The notes under the pieces are model-generated. The model worked only from the letters and a program-made list of their open reading frames with translations. It was not told the origin of the DNA and made no database searches. Positions 7,592-17,087 of a DNA stretch of 34,671 nucleotides are shown in pieces (the first letter of the stretch is position 1; each line of letters starts with the position of its first letter). The position numbers were made by a program, and so were the translations under genes. Source of the DNA: Propionibacterium sp. (GTDB lineage: Bacteria > Actinomycetota > Actinomycetes > Propionibacteriales > Propionibacteriaceae); NCBI GenBank assembly GCA_012514785.1, contig JAAYZP010000027.1:1-34671 (forward strand), given 5' to 3'.

Positions 7592-8713
7592 ATGACCCCT
7601 ATGGCCAGCTCCGCCGACGTAGCGGCGCCGTACGACGCGCTCCTCCTACTCTCGTTCGGTGGTCCGAACCGCGCCGAGGACGTGACGCCCTTCCTGCGGA
7701 ACGTCGTGCGCGGCAAGAACATCCCCGACGAGCGTCTCGAGGCGGTGGGCGAGCACTACCACGTCTTCGCCGGCAAGTCGCCGATCAACCAGCAGAACCT
7801 CGCGCTGCGCGAGGCCCTGGAGGCGGAGCTCGGACGGCGCGGCATCCGCCTGCCGGTGATCTGGGGCAACCGCAACTGGCACCCCTACACCGTCGACACG
7901 GTGCGCGACGCGCTCGCGTTCGGCGCGAGGCGCATCCTCGTGCTCGTCACCAGCGCCTTCGCCTCGTACTCTGGCAGCCGCCAGTACCGCGAGCACCTCG
8001 CGCTCATGCTCGAGGAGCTGGGCGCATCCGCCCACGGCCTGCAGATCGACCTCCTGCGCCCGTTCTTCAACGACCCCGGCTTCGCGGAGGCCAACATCGA
8101 GGCGATCGCGGCCGCCGGCAGCGAGCTGCCCGGCGGGTTGGACGGCGCCCACGTCGTCTACGTCACGCACTCCATCCCGGACACCATGCAGGACGCCTCC
8201 GCCATGACCGGCCCCGGCTACCGCGAGCAGCACGAGGACCTCCAGCGGGTCATCGACGACGAACTCCGCCGCCGCCACGGGGTGGAGCTCACGTCGTCGC
8301 TGTCGTACTGCTCACGCTCGGGCAGCCCCCGCACCCCGTGGCTCGAGCCCGACGTGAACGACCACCTCGAGTCGCTCGCCGCAGCCGACACGCGGCGGGT
8401 CGTCATCGCGCCGATCGGCTTCGTCTCCGACCACATGGAGGTCATCTACGACCTCGACATCGAGGCCATGGAGACCGCCGCGAAGGTGGGCATCACCGCG
8501 GCCCGTGCCGGCACGGCCGGTACCGCGGCCCCGTTCGTCAGCGGCATCGTCGACATGATCGTCGAGCGAGCCGCGCGCGAACGCGGGCTCACGCCCGAGG
8601 TGCCCGTCGTCGGGTCGCTCCCGGCGTTCCCCGACGTCGCACCGCCCGGCAGCTGCCGCATGCGCCACGGCGAGGTGACGGGCATTCCCGTCGTCGCCGG
8701 CACCGAAGACTGA
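7592..8713 (+). CDS. hemH: Coproporphyrin III ferrochelatase (CpfC)
   Basis: LLLSFGGP, WGNRNWHPY, HSIP, PWLEPD and PIGFVSDHMEVIYDLD motifs; start may be 7601. Confidence 0.95.
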   Translation: MTPMASSADVAAPYDALLLLSFGGPNRAEDVTPFLRNVVRGKNIPDERLEAVGEHYHVFAGKSPINQQNLALREALEAELGRRGIRLPVIWGNRNWHPYTVDTVRDALAFGARRILVLVTSAFASYSGSRQYREHLALMLEELGASAHGLQIDLLRPFFNDPGFAEANIEAIAAAGSELPGGLDGAHVVYVTHSIPDTMQDASAMTGPGYREQHEDLQRVIDDELRRRHGVELTSSLSYCSRSGSPRTPWLEPDVNDHLESLAAADTRRVVIAPIGFVSDHMEVIYDLDIEAMETAAKVGITAARAGTAGTAAPFVSGIVDMIVERAARERGLTPEVPVVGSLPAFPDVAPPGSCRMRHGEVTGIPVVAGTED

Positions 8714-8759
8714 ACCACCACAAAACGTTCCTCCGCACCCCCACCCAGAAGGAAGCAGC

Positions 8760-9485
8760 ATGACCGCAACCCCCAAGCCGTCCGTCGATCATTCCGCCGT
8801 CGCCGAGGACATCAACGCCCAGGAGCAGTACACGATGTACTCGGTGTTCAAGGTCTCCTCGCCGTTGCCGGCCGACGACGCCACCCGCGCCGCCGACGTC
8901 GAACGCCTGGAGTCGGCGCTGTCCGGCATCGACGGGCTCACTATCCGCGGCTGGTACGACATCGCCGGCCTGCGCGGGGACGCCGACCTCATGGTCTGGT
9001 GGTGGGGCGAGAAGGTGGAGATCCTGCAGGAGGCCTACCACGCGCTCCTGGCGAGCGAAGTCGGCGCCCACCTGACGCCCGTCTGGTCGCAGGTCGGCAC
9101 GCACCGCCCGGCCGAGTTCAACCGCGCGCACGTGCCCGCCTTCCTCGCGGGCGACGAACCCAAGGGCTACATCTGCGTGTACCCGTTCGTCCGCAGCTAC
9201 GAGTGGTACATCCTGCCCGACGAGGAGCGCTCGAAGATGCTGCGCGACCACGGCCTCGCCGCCCGCGACTACGGCGACGTGCTCGCCAACACCGTCGCGA
9301 GCTTCGCGCTCGGCGACTACGAGTGGCTGCTCGCCTTCGAGGCGGACGACCTCGCGCGCATCGTCGACCTGATGCGCGACCTCCGCGCCACCGAAGCCAG
9401 GCTGCACGTCCGCGAGGAAGTGCCGTTCTTCACCGGGCCCCGTGCGCCGCTCGCGACGATCCTGGACCGCCAGCCGCGGGCCTGA
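8760..9485 (+). CDS. hemQ: Coproheme decarboxylase (ChdC, chlorite dismutase family)
   Basis: HRPAEFNRAHVP, YPFVRSYEWY and FALGDYEW motifs; follows hemH. Confidence 0.95.
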   Translation: MTATPKPSVDHSAVAEDINAQEQYTMYSVFKVSSPLPADDATRAADVERLESALSGIDGLTIRGWYDIAGLRGDADLMVWWWGEKVEILQEAYHALLASEVGAHLTPVWSQVGTHRPAEFNRAHVPAFLAGDEPKGYICVYPFVRSYEWYILPDEERSKMLRDHGLAARDYGDVLANTVASFALGDYEWLLAFEADDLARIVDLMRDLRATEARLHVREEVPFFTGPRAPLATILDRQPRA

Positions 9486-9520
9486 ACCCAACAGGTCGGC
9501 CGGGGGATACCGTAGCCCCC

Positions 9521-10531
9521 ATGCGCACAGGTCACTTCTTCTCCCGAGCGGCCATCGACGAGCAATACCGATGGTTCGCGTCCGAAGTCGCCGCCACGTC
9601 ACCGACGTGGCGGCGACTTTGCGCGTGGATCGCGGAGACCCCCGACGTCCTCGAGATCCTGGAGTCCCTGCCCGGCCAGGCACGCCAACCGAACCGGTTC
9701 CTCGCGACGATCCGGTACCTGGACGGTCCCGTCGAGCCGGGCCCGGCCTTCCTGGAGTGGGTCCGGGCAACCTGGGCGGAGATCCGGGACACCCTGCTCA
9801 GCCGCACCACCCAGACCAACGAGCCGGGCCGCTGCTCCGTCATCGCCCCGCTGCTGGCATCCCTCGGCGCGCCGGTCGCACTCCTCGAGATCGGGGCATC
9901 GGCCGGGCTCTGTCTCCAGCCGGACCGCTACGCGTACGACTACGGCGACGGGCCGGCCCGGCCCGGTGCCGCCGCGGAGTCGGCGCCCGTGCTGACCTGC
10001 GAGGTGGAGGGGGACCAGCCGGGCGAACCCGCGTCGCTCACCGTCGCCGCCCGCCGCGGGCTGGACCTGAACCCGCTCGACGTCTCGGATCCCGACACGC
10101 AGCGGTGGTTGCGGGCTCTGGTGTGGCCGGGTGAGCACGATCGGGAGGAGCGGCTCGTGGCGGCCATGGCCGTGCTGGCCGATGATCCGCCGCGGATCGT
10201 GCGCGCCGATCTCACCGATGATCCGCACCGCTTGATCGCGGCCCATGTCGACGAGTTGCGGGCGGAGGCGCCGGAAGCCGTGCCGGTCGTCGCGCACTCG
10301 GCGGTCCTCGCGTACCTGGAGCGCGACCAGCGCGAGCACGTCGCGGACGCGATCCGGGCGAGCGGTGCCCGGTGGATCTCCTTCGAGGGGCCCCGGGTGT
10401 TGCCTTCCATCGCGGAGCGGGCCGGGGTGGGTCCAGAGTGGGCCTCTTTCCTCGTCGCGCTCGACGGCGAGCCGGTCGGGTGGGCGCAATCCCACGGCCG
10501 GCGCGTCGCGTGGACGAGGGGCCTCCGATGA
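9521..10531 (+). CDS. DUF2332 family protein
   Basis: TQTNEPGRC, LLEIGASAGL and WLRALVWP motifs; TACCGT-N7-ATG leaderless-type start. Confidence 0.85.
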   Translation: MRTGHFFSRAAIDEQYRWFASEVAATSPTWRRLCAWIAETPDVLEILESLPGQARQPNRFLATIRYLDGPVEPGPAFLEWVRATWAEIRDTLLSRTTQTNEPGRCSVIAPLLASLGAPVALLEIGASAGLCLQPDRYAYDYGDGPARPGAAAESAPVLTCEVEGDQPGEPASLTVAARRGLDLNPLDVSDPDTQRWLRALVWPGEHDREERLVAAMAVLADDPPRIVRADLTDDPHRLIAAHVDELRAEAPEAVPVVAHSAVLAYLERDQREHVADAIRASGARWISFEGPRVLPSIAERAGVGPEWASFLVALDGEPVGWAQSHGRRVAWTRGLR

Positions 10532-11109
10532 GACGCCGATTCCTCCGGGCGGCGGGCGTCGTGGTGTTCGGGGTGCTGGGGATCGCGGAGGCGCTGACCT
10601 GGTGGGCCTCGCAGCAGGGCATCCGGGCACAGTCGAGCGGTGACGGCGACGCGGCGGAGGCGATCATCGTGCTCGGCTGCCCCACCGATCCCGACGGCAC
10701 CCCGTCGTTCATGCAGCGCTACCGCTGCCGGATCGCCGTGCGCTCCCGCAACCAGCGGGCCGAGCGCAGCGTCCTGGTGTTCACCGGGCGCAGTCGCAAC
10801 GCGCCCGGGATCCCGTCGGAGGCGGCCGACATGGCGCAGTACGCACGCGAGGCTCTGGGCGTCGCGGACGAGGACATCGTCCTCGAGGAGGAGTCCCAGT
10901 ACACGTGGGAGAACATCGCATTGTCGCTCCCGCTGGTGAGGGGGTTCCCGGTCGTGAAGATCGCCTCGAACACCTGGCACGCCCGGCGCGGCCGGCGGTA
11001 CCTCCGGCGCCAGGCGCCGGAACTCGCGCACCGCCTCCGCCGTGCGGGCGACTACCGCTTCGGTGAGCTGCTCCTTCTGAAGCCGCTCTTCCTGTTCTGG
11101 CAGCGCTGA
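10528..11109 (+). CDS. YdcF/DUF218 (ElyC/SanA-like) family protein with N-terminal TM
   Basis: AIIVLG, SEAADMAQYA, LEEESQYTWENI and SNTWHARR motifs; ATGA overlap with the upstream gene. Confidence 0.88.
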   Translation: MRRRFLRAAGVVVFGVLGIAEALTWWASQQGIRAQSSGDGDAAEAIIVLGCPTDPDGTPSFMQRYRCRIAVRSRNQRAERSVLVFTGRSRNAPGIPSEAADMAQYAREALGVADEDIVLEEESQYTWENIALSLPLVRGFPVVKIASNTWHARRGRRYLRRQAPELAHRLRRAGDYRFGELLLLKPLFLFWQR

Positions 11110-11178
11110 GAGCGCTTGGCGTCCGTTGATGCTTGAGCACTGTGCGTCCGTCGAAACCTCGCCGGATCTGGGCGGGGT

Positions 11179-12990
11179 TCAGGCGGCGACGACGTCGGCC
11201 GGCTCGGGGAGCGTCGCGAGGCGCGCATAGACACCGTCAGCCGCCAGCAGGGTGTCGTGCGTGCCGCGCTCGACGATGCGGCCCTCGTCGAGCACCACGA
11301 TCTGGTCCGCGCCGCGGATGGTGGAGAGCCGGTGGGCGATGACGATGCGGGTCCGCCCCGCGACGTCGATGGCGGCCTGCACGGCCCGCTCCGTCTCGTT
11401 GTCCAGCGCGCTGGTGGCCTCGTCGAGGATCAGCACGTCCGGATCGGCCAGGAGCGTGCGCGCCAGCGTGAGCCGCTGCTGCTCGCCGCCCGAGAAGCGG
11501 TACCCGCGGGCGCCGACGACCGTTTCCAGCTCCTCCGGGAGGCTGCGGATCAGCTCCGCCACGTTGGCGGAGGCCAGCGCCCGCCACAGCTCGTCATCCG
11601 TGGCCCCGGGGTCCGCCATGCGGAGGTTCTCGGCCAGCGTGGTGTGCGCGAGGTAGGTCTCCTGCGAGACGATGCCGATGCGTCGGGAGCGCTCCGCGGA
11701 CGAGATCTCGCGCAGGTCGACGTCGCCGAGCCGCACGGAGCCGCTCGTCGGGTCCATCAGGCGGGCCAGCAACGAGGCCATCGTGGACTTGCCGGATCCG
11801 GTGTGGCCCACGATCGCGGTCGTCGTGCCGGGCTCCACGGTGAGCGAGACGTGGCTGAGCGCGTCGACGTCGTTGCCCGGATACCGGTACGTGACGTCGT
11901 CGAACTCGACACGGGCGCCCCGGATCTGCGCGTCGCGCGGGTCGGCCGGCTCGGCGACTTCGGGGACGAGGTCGAGGTATTCGAAGATCCTCGAGAACAG
12001 CGCCATCGACGCCACCCACTGCGCGCTCACGTTGAGCAGGCCCATGATGGGTCGGAAGATCTGCGACTGCAGCGTCGTGAACGCGATCAGCGTGCCGATC
12101 GTCATCCCGCGGGACGTGGCCGGCAGGCCCGCGATCAGGTACACGAACGCCGGGATGATGGCGAAGATGACCTGCATCGTCGCCATCCGCCAGCGGCCGG
12201 CCAGCTGGGACTCGAGCTCGAGGTCGATCAGGCTGTGCGAGACGGCGTCGAACTCCCGCTGCGCACGCTCCTGCACGCCGAGGGTCTTGGTGAGACGGAT
12301 CCCGGATACGGACAGCGACTCCTGGATCGTGTGCTGCATGTCGGCCCTGGCCCGCTGCTGCTTGTCGGTGATGGCGCGACGGGCCAGCGCCACCTTGCGG
12401 GTGAGCCAGATTGCTGGCGGGAGGACCACCAGCGACAGGAGCGAGAGCGTCGGGCTCATCACCACCATGGCGGCGGCCAGCGCGATGGTCATGGTGATGT
12501 TGGACGCGATCGACGTCGCGGTGGTGGTCACGACGGACTGCATGCCGGCGATGTCGTTCGTGAGTCGCGACTGCACCTCGCCCGTGCGCGTGGTGGTGAA
12601 GAAGCGCAGGGACTGTCGCTGTAGGTTGCCGAACACGTCCACGCGCAGCCGATGCATGATCCGCTGACCGATCTTCGAGCTCATCCAGGTCTGGATCACG
12701 CCGATGGCGCCCGTGAGCGCGGCGAGCACGATCATGCCGCCGACGAGCCACAGGAGCAGCTCGACGTTCTGGTTGGGGATGGCGTCGTCGACCGTGGCGC
12801 GGACGAGGAACGGCTGGACGACGGTGAGTCCAGCGGTGGCCACGATGAGGGCGACGACGCTGAGGATGGCCATGGAGTGTGGCTGGAAGAGACGCAGTAC
12901 ACGTCGGAGGTCTACGGGGTGGGTCTGGAGCTGGGCGATGTCCTGCGGGCGCTTCCGCGCCGGCCCGCGCTCTGCAATGGGGGAGCTCAT
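11179..12990 (-). CDS. ABC exporter half-transporter (fused permease and ATPase, multidrug-type)
   Basis: N-terminal TM domain; GHTGSGKS, FSGGEQQR, ILDEATSALD, IAHRLST. Confidence 0.95.
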   Translation of the reverse strand: MSSPIAERGPARKRPQDIAQLQTHPVDLRRVLRLFQPHSMAILSVVALIVATAGLTVVQPFLVRATVDDAIPNQNVELLLWLVGGMIVLAALTGAIGVIQTWMSSKIGQRIMHRLRVDVFGNLQRQSLRFFTTTRTGEVQSRLTNDIAGMQSVVTTTATSIASNITMTIALAAAMVVMSPTLSLLSLVVLPPAIWLTRKVALARRAITDKQQRARADMQHTIQESLSVSGIRLTKTLGVQERAQREFDAVSHSLIDLELESQLAGRWRMATMQVIFAIIPAFVYLIAGLPATSRGMTIGTLIAFTTLQSQIFRPIMGLLNVSAQWVASMALFSRIFEYLDLVPEVAEPADPRDAQIRGARVEFDDVTYRYPGNDVDALSHVSLTVEPGTTTAIVGHTGSGKSTMASLLARLMDPTSGSVRLGDVDLREISSAERSRRIGIVSQETYLAHTTLAENLRMADPGATDDELWRALASANVAELIRSLPEELETVVGARGYRFSGGEQQRLTLARTLLADPDVLILDEATSALDNETERAVQAAIDVAGRTRIVIAHRLSTIRGADQIVVLDEGRIVERGTHDTLLAADGVYARLATLPEPADVVAA

Positions 12991-13042
12991 AGGCTGTTCC
13001 CTTCGTCGATGAGGGCAAAGATGTAGTTACTTCACAATGATG

Positions 13043-13063
13043 ATACATCATGGATGCATGTAT
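13043..13063. promoter_or_regulatory. Possible MarR operator (ATACAT-N9-ATGTAT)
   Basis: Inverted repeat in the AT-rich divergent region, overlapping the marR -10 (TATGCT). Confidence 0.4.
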
Positions 13064-13072
13064 GCTGAATCC

Positions 13073-13483
13073 ATGGCACCCACCGGCGCGCAACTCGGCG
13101 ATCTCGTCAACCGACTCACGCGGATCCTCCGCAGGCGGACCCACGGTCTACCCATCCCCCCGCACCAGTTGCGCGCCCTGCGATTCATCGCACACGGGTC
13201 CGTCCGGCCGGCGCGCCTGGCCGAGGCGCTGGGCATCACCCCGCGGGCGGTTACCGACGTCGTCGACGCCATGATCGAGGCCGGCCTCGTGGTGGCCACG
13301 CCCGACCCCGGGGACCGGCGGGCGAAGGTCCTGGAGATCACCGAGGAGGGGGAGCGGCAGCGCGCGGCCGCACGCGAGCGGCGCGACGAGGCGGCCCGGG
13401 AGGTCTTCGACCCCCTCGACGACGACGAACGCACCGAGCTTGCCCGCCTCCTCGAGAAGGTCGTCGGACCTCCCTCGTGCTAA
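13073..13483 (+). CDS. MarR family transcriptional regulator
   Basis: LAEALGITPRAVTDVVDAMIEAGLV...DPGDRRAKVLEIT; TATGCT-N6-ATG supports start 13073. Confidence 0.92.
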   Translation: MAPTGAQLGDLVNRLTRILRRRTHGLPIPPHQLRALRFIAHGSVRPARLAEALGITPRAVTDVVDAMIEAGLVVATPDPGDRRAKVLEITEEGERQRAAARERRDEAAREVFDPLDDDERTELARLLEKVVGPPSC

Positions 13484-13531
13484 CCCGGCCCCGGCCGCGG
13501 CAGGGACGCGGCGGGTTGTTAGCGTTCTTCC

Positions 13532-14104
13532 ATGAGGTTCGTGAAAAATGCGGTTGTGGTGCTGATCAGCGCCGCGTTCGGACTGACGATGCTGGGCGGC
13601 TGCGCCGCCGACGGCGCGGCCGACGACGGGGTCCTCGCGAAGTTCGCACTCGAGGACGTCGACGGCAGGACCTCCGTCAACGACCTGGAGGCGGTCGGGC
13701 TGGAGGACCGGACGGGCGACTACATCGCCTCCGTCCGCGCGGACCACGTGCTGATCATCGACGCCGAGACGGAGGAGGAGGGGGCCATCCCCCTGCCCGA
13801 GGACGAGTTCTACCTCTCGGTGGCGCCCTACGTCACCCGCACGCATCCCTGCGGCTTCCACAGCCTCACCACCTGCGTCGGCGAACTGTTCAACGCGGAC
13901 TTTGACGTGACCGTCGTCGACGACACGGGCGCGGTGCTCGTCGACGAGACCGTCACCAGCGAGGACAGCGGCTTCTTCGGGCTCTGGCTGCCCGCGGGCG
14001 TCGAGGGCGAGATCACGGTGCAGCACGACGGTCTGTCCGTCACCGGACCGCTGTCCACCCACCCGGACGCAAAGACCTGCGAGACGGACCTCCAGCTCAC
14101 CTGA
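13532..14104 (+). CDS. CueP-family copper/metal-binding lipoprotein
   Basis: Lipobox LGGC; FYLSVAPY..THPCGFHSLTTC, GFFGLWLP and terminal TC motifs. Confidence 0.85.
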   Translation: MRFVKNAVVVLISAAFGLTMLGGCAADGAADDGVLAKFALEDVDGRTSVNDLEAVGLEDRTGDYIASVRADHVLIIDAETEEEGAIPLPEDEFYLSVAPYVTRTHPCGFHSLTTCVGELFNADFDVTVVDDTGAVLVDETVTSEDSGFFGLWLPAGVEGEITVQHDGLSVTGPLSTHPDAKTCETDLQLT

Positions 14105-14110
14105 GCCGAC

Positions 14111-14848
14111 TCAGGCCTCCAGCAGCTCGAACTGGAACATGATGCGGGAATCCCAGTTGGTGGTCCGCGCGTCAAAGTCCCAGCAGATCACGATCACGAG
14201 GGCGGGGTCGCCGTCGGGGTCCAGCATGACGCTCGAGGCAGGGTCGTAGTCCGCGACGAAGATGCGCGGCGCCTCGGTGAACTCGTAGCAGGCGATCGCG
14301 CCGTCCGCCCCGTGCAGCTTGATGACGTCACCGGGCTGCAGCGCGGCACCCCCGCCCGAATAGAGCTCGTTGCCCAGCGCGGGGCGGAGGCTCGGCCGGT
14401 AGGTGTGGATCGTCAGCACGGACTTGCCGCGGTCGGCCCCGGCCTCGGGGCTGCCGTCCCACCACGCCGCCGAGCGGCGGTCGTTCAGCGGGGGTGAGGG
14501 CACCTGGCCGCCCTGCAACGGGAGCGCGAGCACGCGCTCGTGCGCGCCGACGCGCGGGATCGTGAAATGCGTGGGCACGAAGGACTCGTCGGGATGGCTG
14601 CACTCCTGGTCCGCCAGGCTGGTGGGGGTTGGGCTGGGTTTCGGCGGCGCCGTGGGCAGCGGCGCCGGCTCGGACGTCGGGCTCGGTGACGGCGTCGGCG
14701 TCGGAGGGGGCGGGGCGGTCACCGACGGCGACGGCGAAACCATCGGCAGCGAGGCAGGTTCGTCGCTCGGCCACCACAGGAGCAGCACCAGGGCGCCGAC
14801 GAGCGCCAGGGCGCCGCCGATCATGAGTGTTCGAGCCGTTCGGGTCAC
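14111..14848 (-). CDS. Class F sortase
   Basis: N-terminal TM, Pro/Thr linker, AAWWDGSPEAG; candidate triad His (TIHTY), Cys (IVICW), Arg (DSRI); TACCGT-N7-GTG start. Confidence 0.8.
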   Translation of the reverse strand: MTRTARTLMIGGALALVGALVLLLWWPSDEPASLPMVSPSPSVTAPPPPTPTPSPSPTSEPAPLPTAPPKPSPTPTSLADQECSHPDESFVPTHFTIPRVGAHERVLALPLQGGQVPSPPLNDRRSAAWWDGSPEAGADRGKSVLTIHTYRPSLRPALGNELYSGGGAALQPGDVIKLHGADGAIACYEFTEAPRIFVADYDPASSVMLDPDGDPALVIVICWDFDARTTNWDSRIMFQFELLEA

Positions 14849-14874
14849 GCGGTCGACGGTACCCCCGGCCAGGC

Positions 14875-15843
14875 TCAGGTGAAGGCGCGTTCCATCCGAC
14901 GGAAGCTGCCGAGGCGTTCCTCGTTGAGCTTGCCCTCGGCCACGGCGGTGTCGAGCGCACATTCGGGCTCGGTCGAGCGGTGCGTGCAGCCGCGGGGGCA
15001 GTCCTCGACGAAGCCGGCCAGGTCCGAGAAGGCCTCGACGATGGCGCCCGACTCGACGTGGCTGACGCCGAAGGACCGCACACCCGGGGTGTCGATGATC
15101 CAGCCACCGTCGGGGAGCTCGATGGCGAGCGCGGAGGTGGAGGTGTGCCGCCCCTTGCCGGTCAGCTCACTCACCTCGCTGGTGGCGCGGTCCGTGCCCG
15201 GCACGAGCCGGTTGACGAGGGTCGACTTCCCCACACCCGAGTGGCCGATGAGCACGGTCCGCTCGCCCGCGAGGATCGCGTGGACGTCGGTTAGGTCTGA
15301 GGTGGGATCCGTCACGACGATCGGGATGCCCAGCGGCGCGTAGGCGCCTGCCAGCTCGTCGGGCGACCCGAGGTCGGCCTTCGTCAGGCAGAGGATGGGC
15401 TCGACCCGCGCGTCGTAGGCGGCCACCAGGATCCTGTCGATCATCCCCACTCGCGGCGGGGGGTCGGCGAGCGCGGTGACGATCATGAGCTGCGTCGCAT
15501 TGGCGACGATGGGCCGCTCGAACGTGTCGGCATCGTCGGCGGAGCGCCGCAGCATGGTGGATCTGGGCTCCACCTGGACGATGCGCGCGAGGGTGCCCTC
15601 CGTGCCGGAAACGTCACCATCGAGTCGCACCCGGTCGCCGACGATGATCCCCTTGCGCGGCACGAGCCGACCGCGCACCGCGGTGACCAGCACGTCGTCG
15701 AGTTTGCAGCGGTAGCGTCCCCGGTCGATCGAGATGACCCGGGCCACGGGCGCCTTCGAGTAGTCGGGGCGGTCCTTGGTGCGCGGCCTGGTGCGCCGCC
15801 GCGGACGGTCGAATCCCTCGTGGTCATCGTGGTAGATGCTCAC
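14875..15843 (-). CDS. rsgA: Ribosome small subunit-dependent GTPase A
   Basis: TKAD, GHSGVGKSTL, GRHT, DTPG and C-terminal CPRGCTH...C zinc site. Confidence 0.96.
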   Translation of the reverse strand: MSIYHDDHEGFDRPRRRTRPRTKDRPDYSKAPVARVISIDRGRYRCKLDDVLVTAVRGRLVPRKGIIVGDRVRLDGDVSGTEGTLARIVQVEPRSTMLRRSADDADTFERPIVANATQLMIVTALADPPPRVGMIDRILVAAYDARVEPILCLTKADLGSPDELAGAYAPLGIPIVVTDPTSDLTDVHAILAGERTVLIGHSGVGKSTLVNRLVPGTDRATSEVSELTGKGRHTSTSALAIELPDGGWIIDTPGVRSFGVSHVESGAIVEAFSDLAGFVEDCPRGCTHRSTEPECALDTAVAEGKLNEERLGSFRRMERAFT

Positions 15844-17087
15844 ACGAGCTCAGCCCAGTCCGTGGGGAAGTGGGGCATCGTCTTGGAGACGCACTCCATG
15901 TCGGTCACCGAGGAACCCTCGGCGACGAGGCCCAGGAGCGCGGCGAAGTGCACCATGCGGTGGTCGGCGTAGGTCTCGAACACCGCGGCCCGGGGCGTGC
16001 CGCCCGTGATCCGCAGGCCGTCCGGGAGCTCCTCGGCCTCGATGCCGGCGCGGCGCAGCTCCGTGAGCAGCGCGGCGATCCGGTCCGTCTCGTGGCCGCG
16101 GATGTGCCCCACGCCGCGGATCGTGCTGACCCCGTCCGCCACCGCGGCGAGCGCGGCGACGACGCAGGTGAGCTCGGACGCCTCCGCGAGGTCGACGTCG
16201 ATCCCGCGCAGCGGCCCGGTGCGGCGGAGGACGGCCGCGCCTTCGGCCAGTTCGGTCTCGCAGCCCATCCTGCGGGCCACGTCGAGGAACAGCACGCCGG
16301 GCTGCGCGCTGTCGGCCGACCACCCCGGCACCCGCACCTCGCCGCCGCGGACGGCGGCCGCGGAGAGGAACACCGAGGCGTTGGTCAGGTCGGGCTCCAC
16401 GCGGCTGTCCAGGGCGCCGATCACGCCCTCGTCGACGCGCCAGGTGCGTTCGTCGGTCTCACGGGCATCGCCGCCGCGGTCCGCCAGCATCGCCGTGGTC
16501 ATGGCGATGTGGGGCCGGGATGGCAGCGTGTCGCCGACGTGTCGCACGGTGAGGCCGCCGGGGAGCAGGGCGCCCACCAGGAGCGGTCCGGAGACGAACT
16601 GGCTGCTGGGGGAGGCGTCGATCGAGACCGTGCCGCCGCGCGGCTCGGCCGGCGTCACGGTGAAGGGGAGCCGGTCGCTGTCGACGGTGGCGCCGAGTTG
16701 GCGCAGCGCGTCGAGGAGCCCGGCCATGGGGCGTTCGCTCGCGTGCGGGTCGCCCACGAAGGTGACCGGCGCATCGGCCAGCAGAACCAGCGGCGGGATG
16801 AAGCGCATGACGGTGCCGGCGAGCCCGCAGTCGATCGTGCCGCCGCCCCGGATGGGGCCGGGGGTGACGACGATCGTGCCCCGCCCTTGGTCCTCGATGC
16901 CGACGCCGAGCGAGGCCAACGCCTCGAGCATGAGGTCGGAGTCGCGCGACTTCAGCGCGCCCGTGACGGTGCTGGGCCCGTCCCCAAGTGCGGCTAGGAC
17001 GAGTGCGCGGTTGGTTTCAGATTTGGAGCCGGGAACGACGACGCTCCCGTGTACCGCACCGGTCGCGTGCGGCAGGGCGGTGATCAA
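15840..17087 (-). CDS. aroA: 3-phosphoshikimate 1-carboxyvinyltransferase
   Basis: PGSKSETNRAL, CGLAGTVMRF, SSQF, RGHETDRI, DHRM; TTG start overlapping the DoxX stop, SD GGAGG. Confidence 0.96.
   Translation of the reverse strand: MITALPHATGAVHGSVVVPGSKSETNRALVLAALGDGPSTVTGALKSRDSDLMLEALASLGVGIEDQGRGTIVVTPGPIRGGGTIDCGLAGTVMRFIPPLVLLADAPVTFVGDPHASERPMAGLLDALRQLGATVDSDRLPFTVTPAEPRGGTVSIDASPSSQFVSGPLLVGALLPGGLTVRHVGDTLPSRPHIAMTTAMLADRGGDARETDERTWRVDEGVIGALDSRVEPDLTNASVFLSAAAVRGGEVRVPGWSADSAQPGVLFLDVARRMGCETELAEGAAVLRRTGPLRGIDVDLAEASELTCVVAALAAVADGVSTIRGVGHIRGHETDRIAALLTELRRAGIEAEELPDGLRITGGTPRAAVFETYADHRMVHFAALLGLVAEGSSVTDMECVSKTMPHFPTDWAELV

Noticed and set aside
14620-14740. Short repeats in the sortase gene (and a similar tract in kgd, about 26450-26700)
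   Set aside because: They encode ordinary Pro/Thr/Ala-rich linkers
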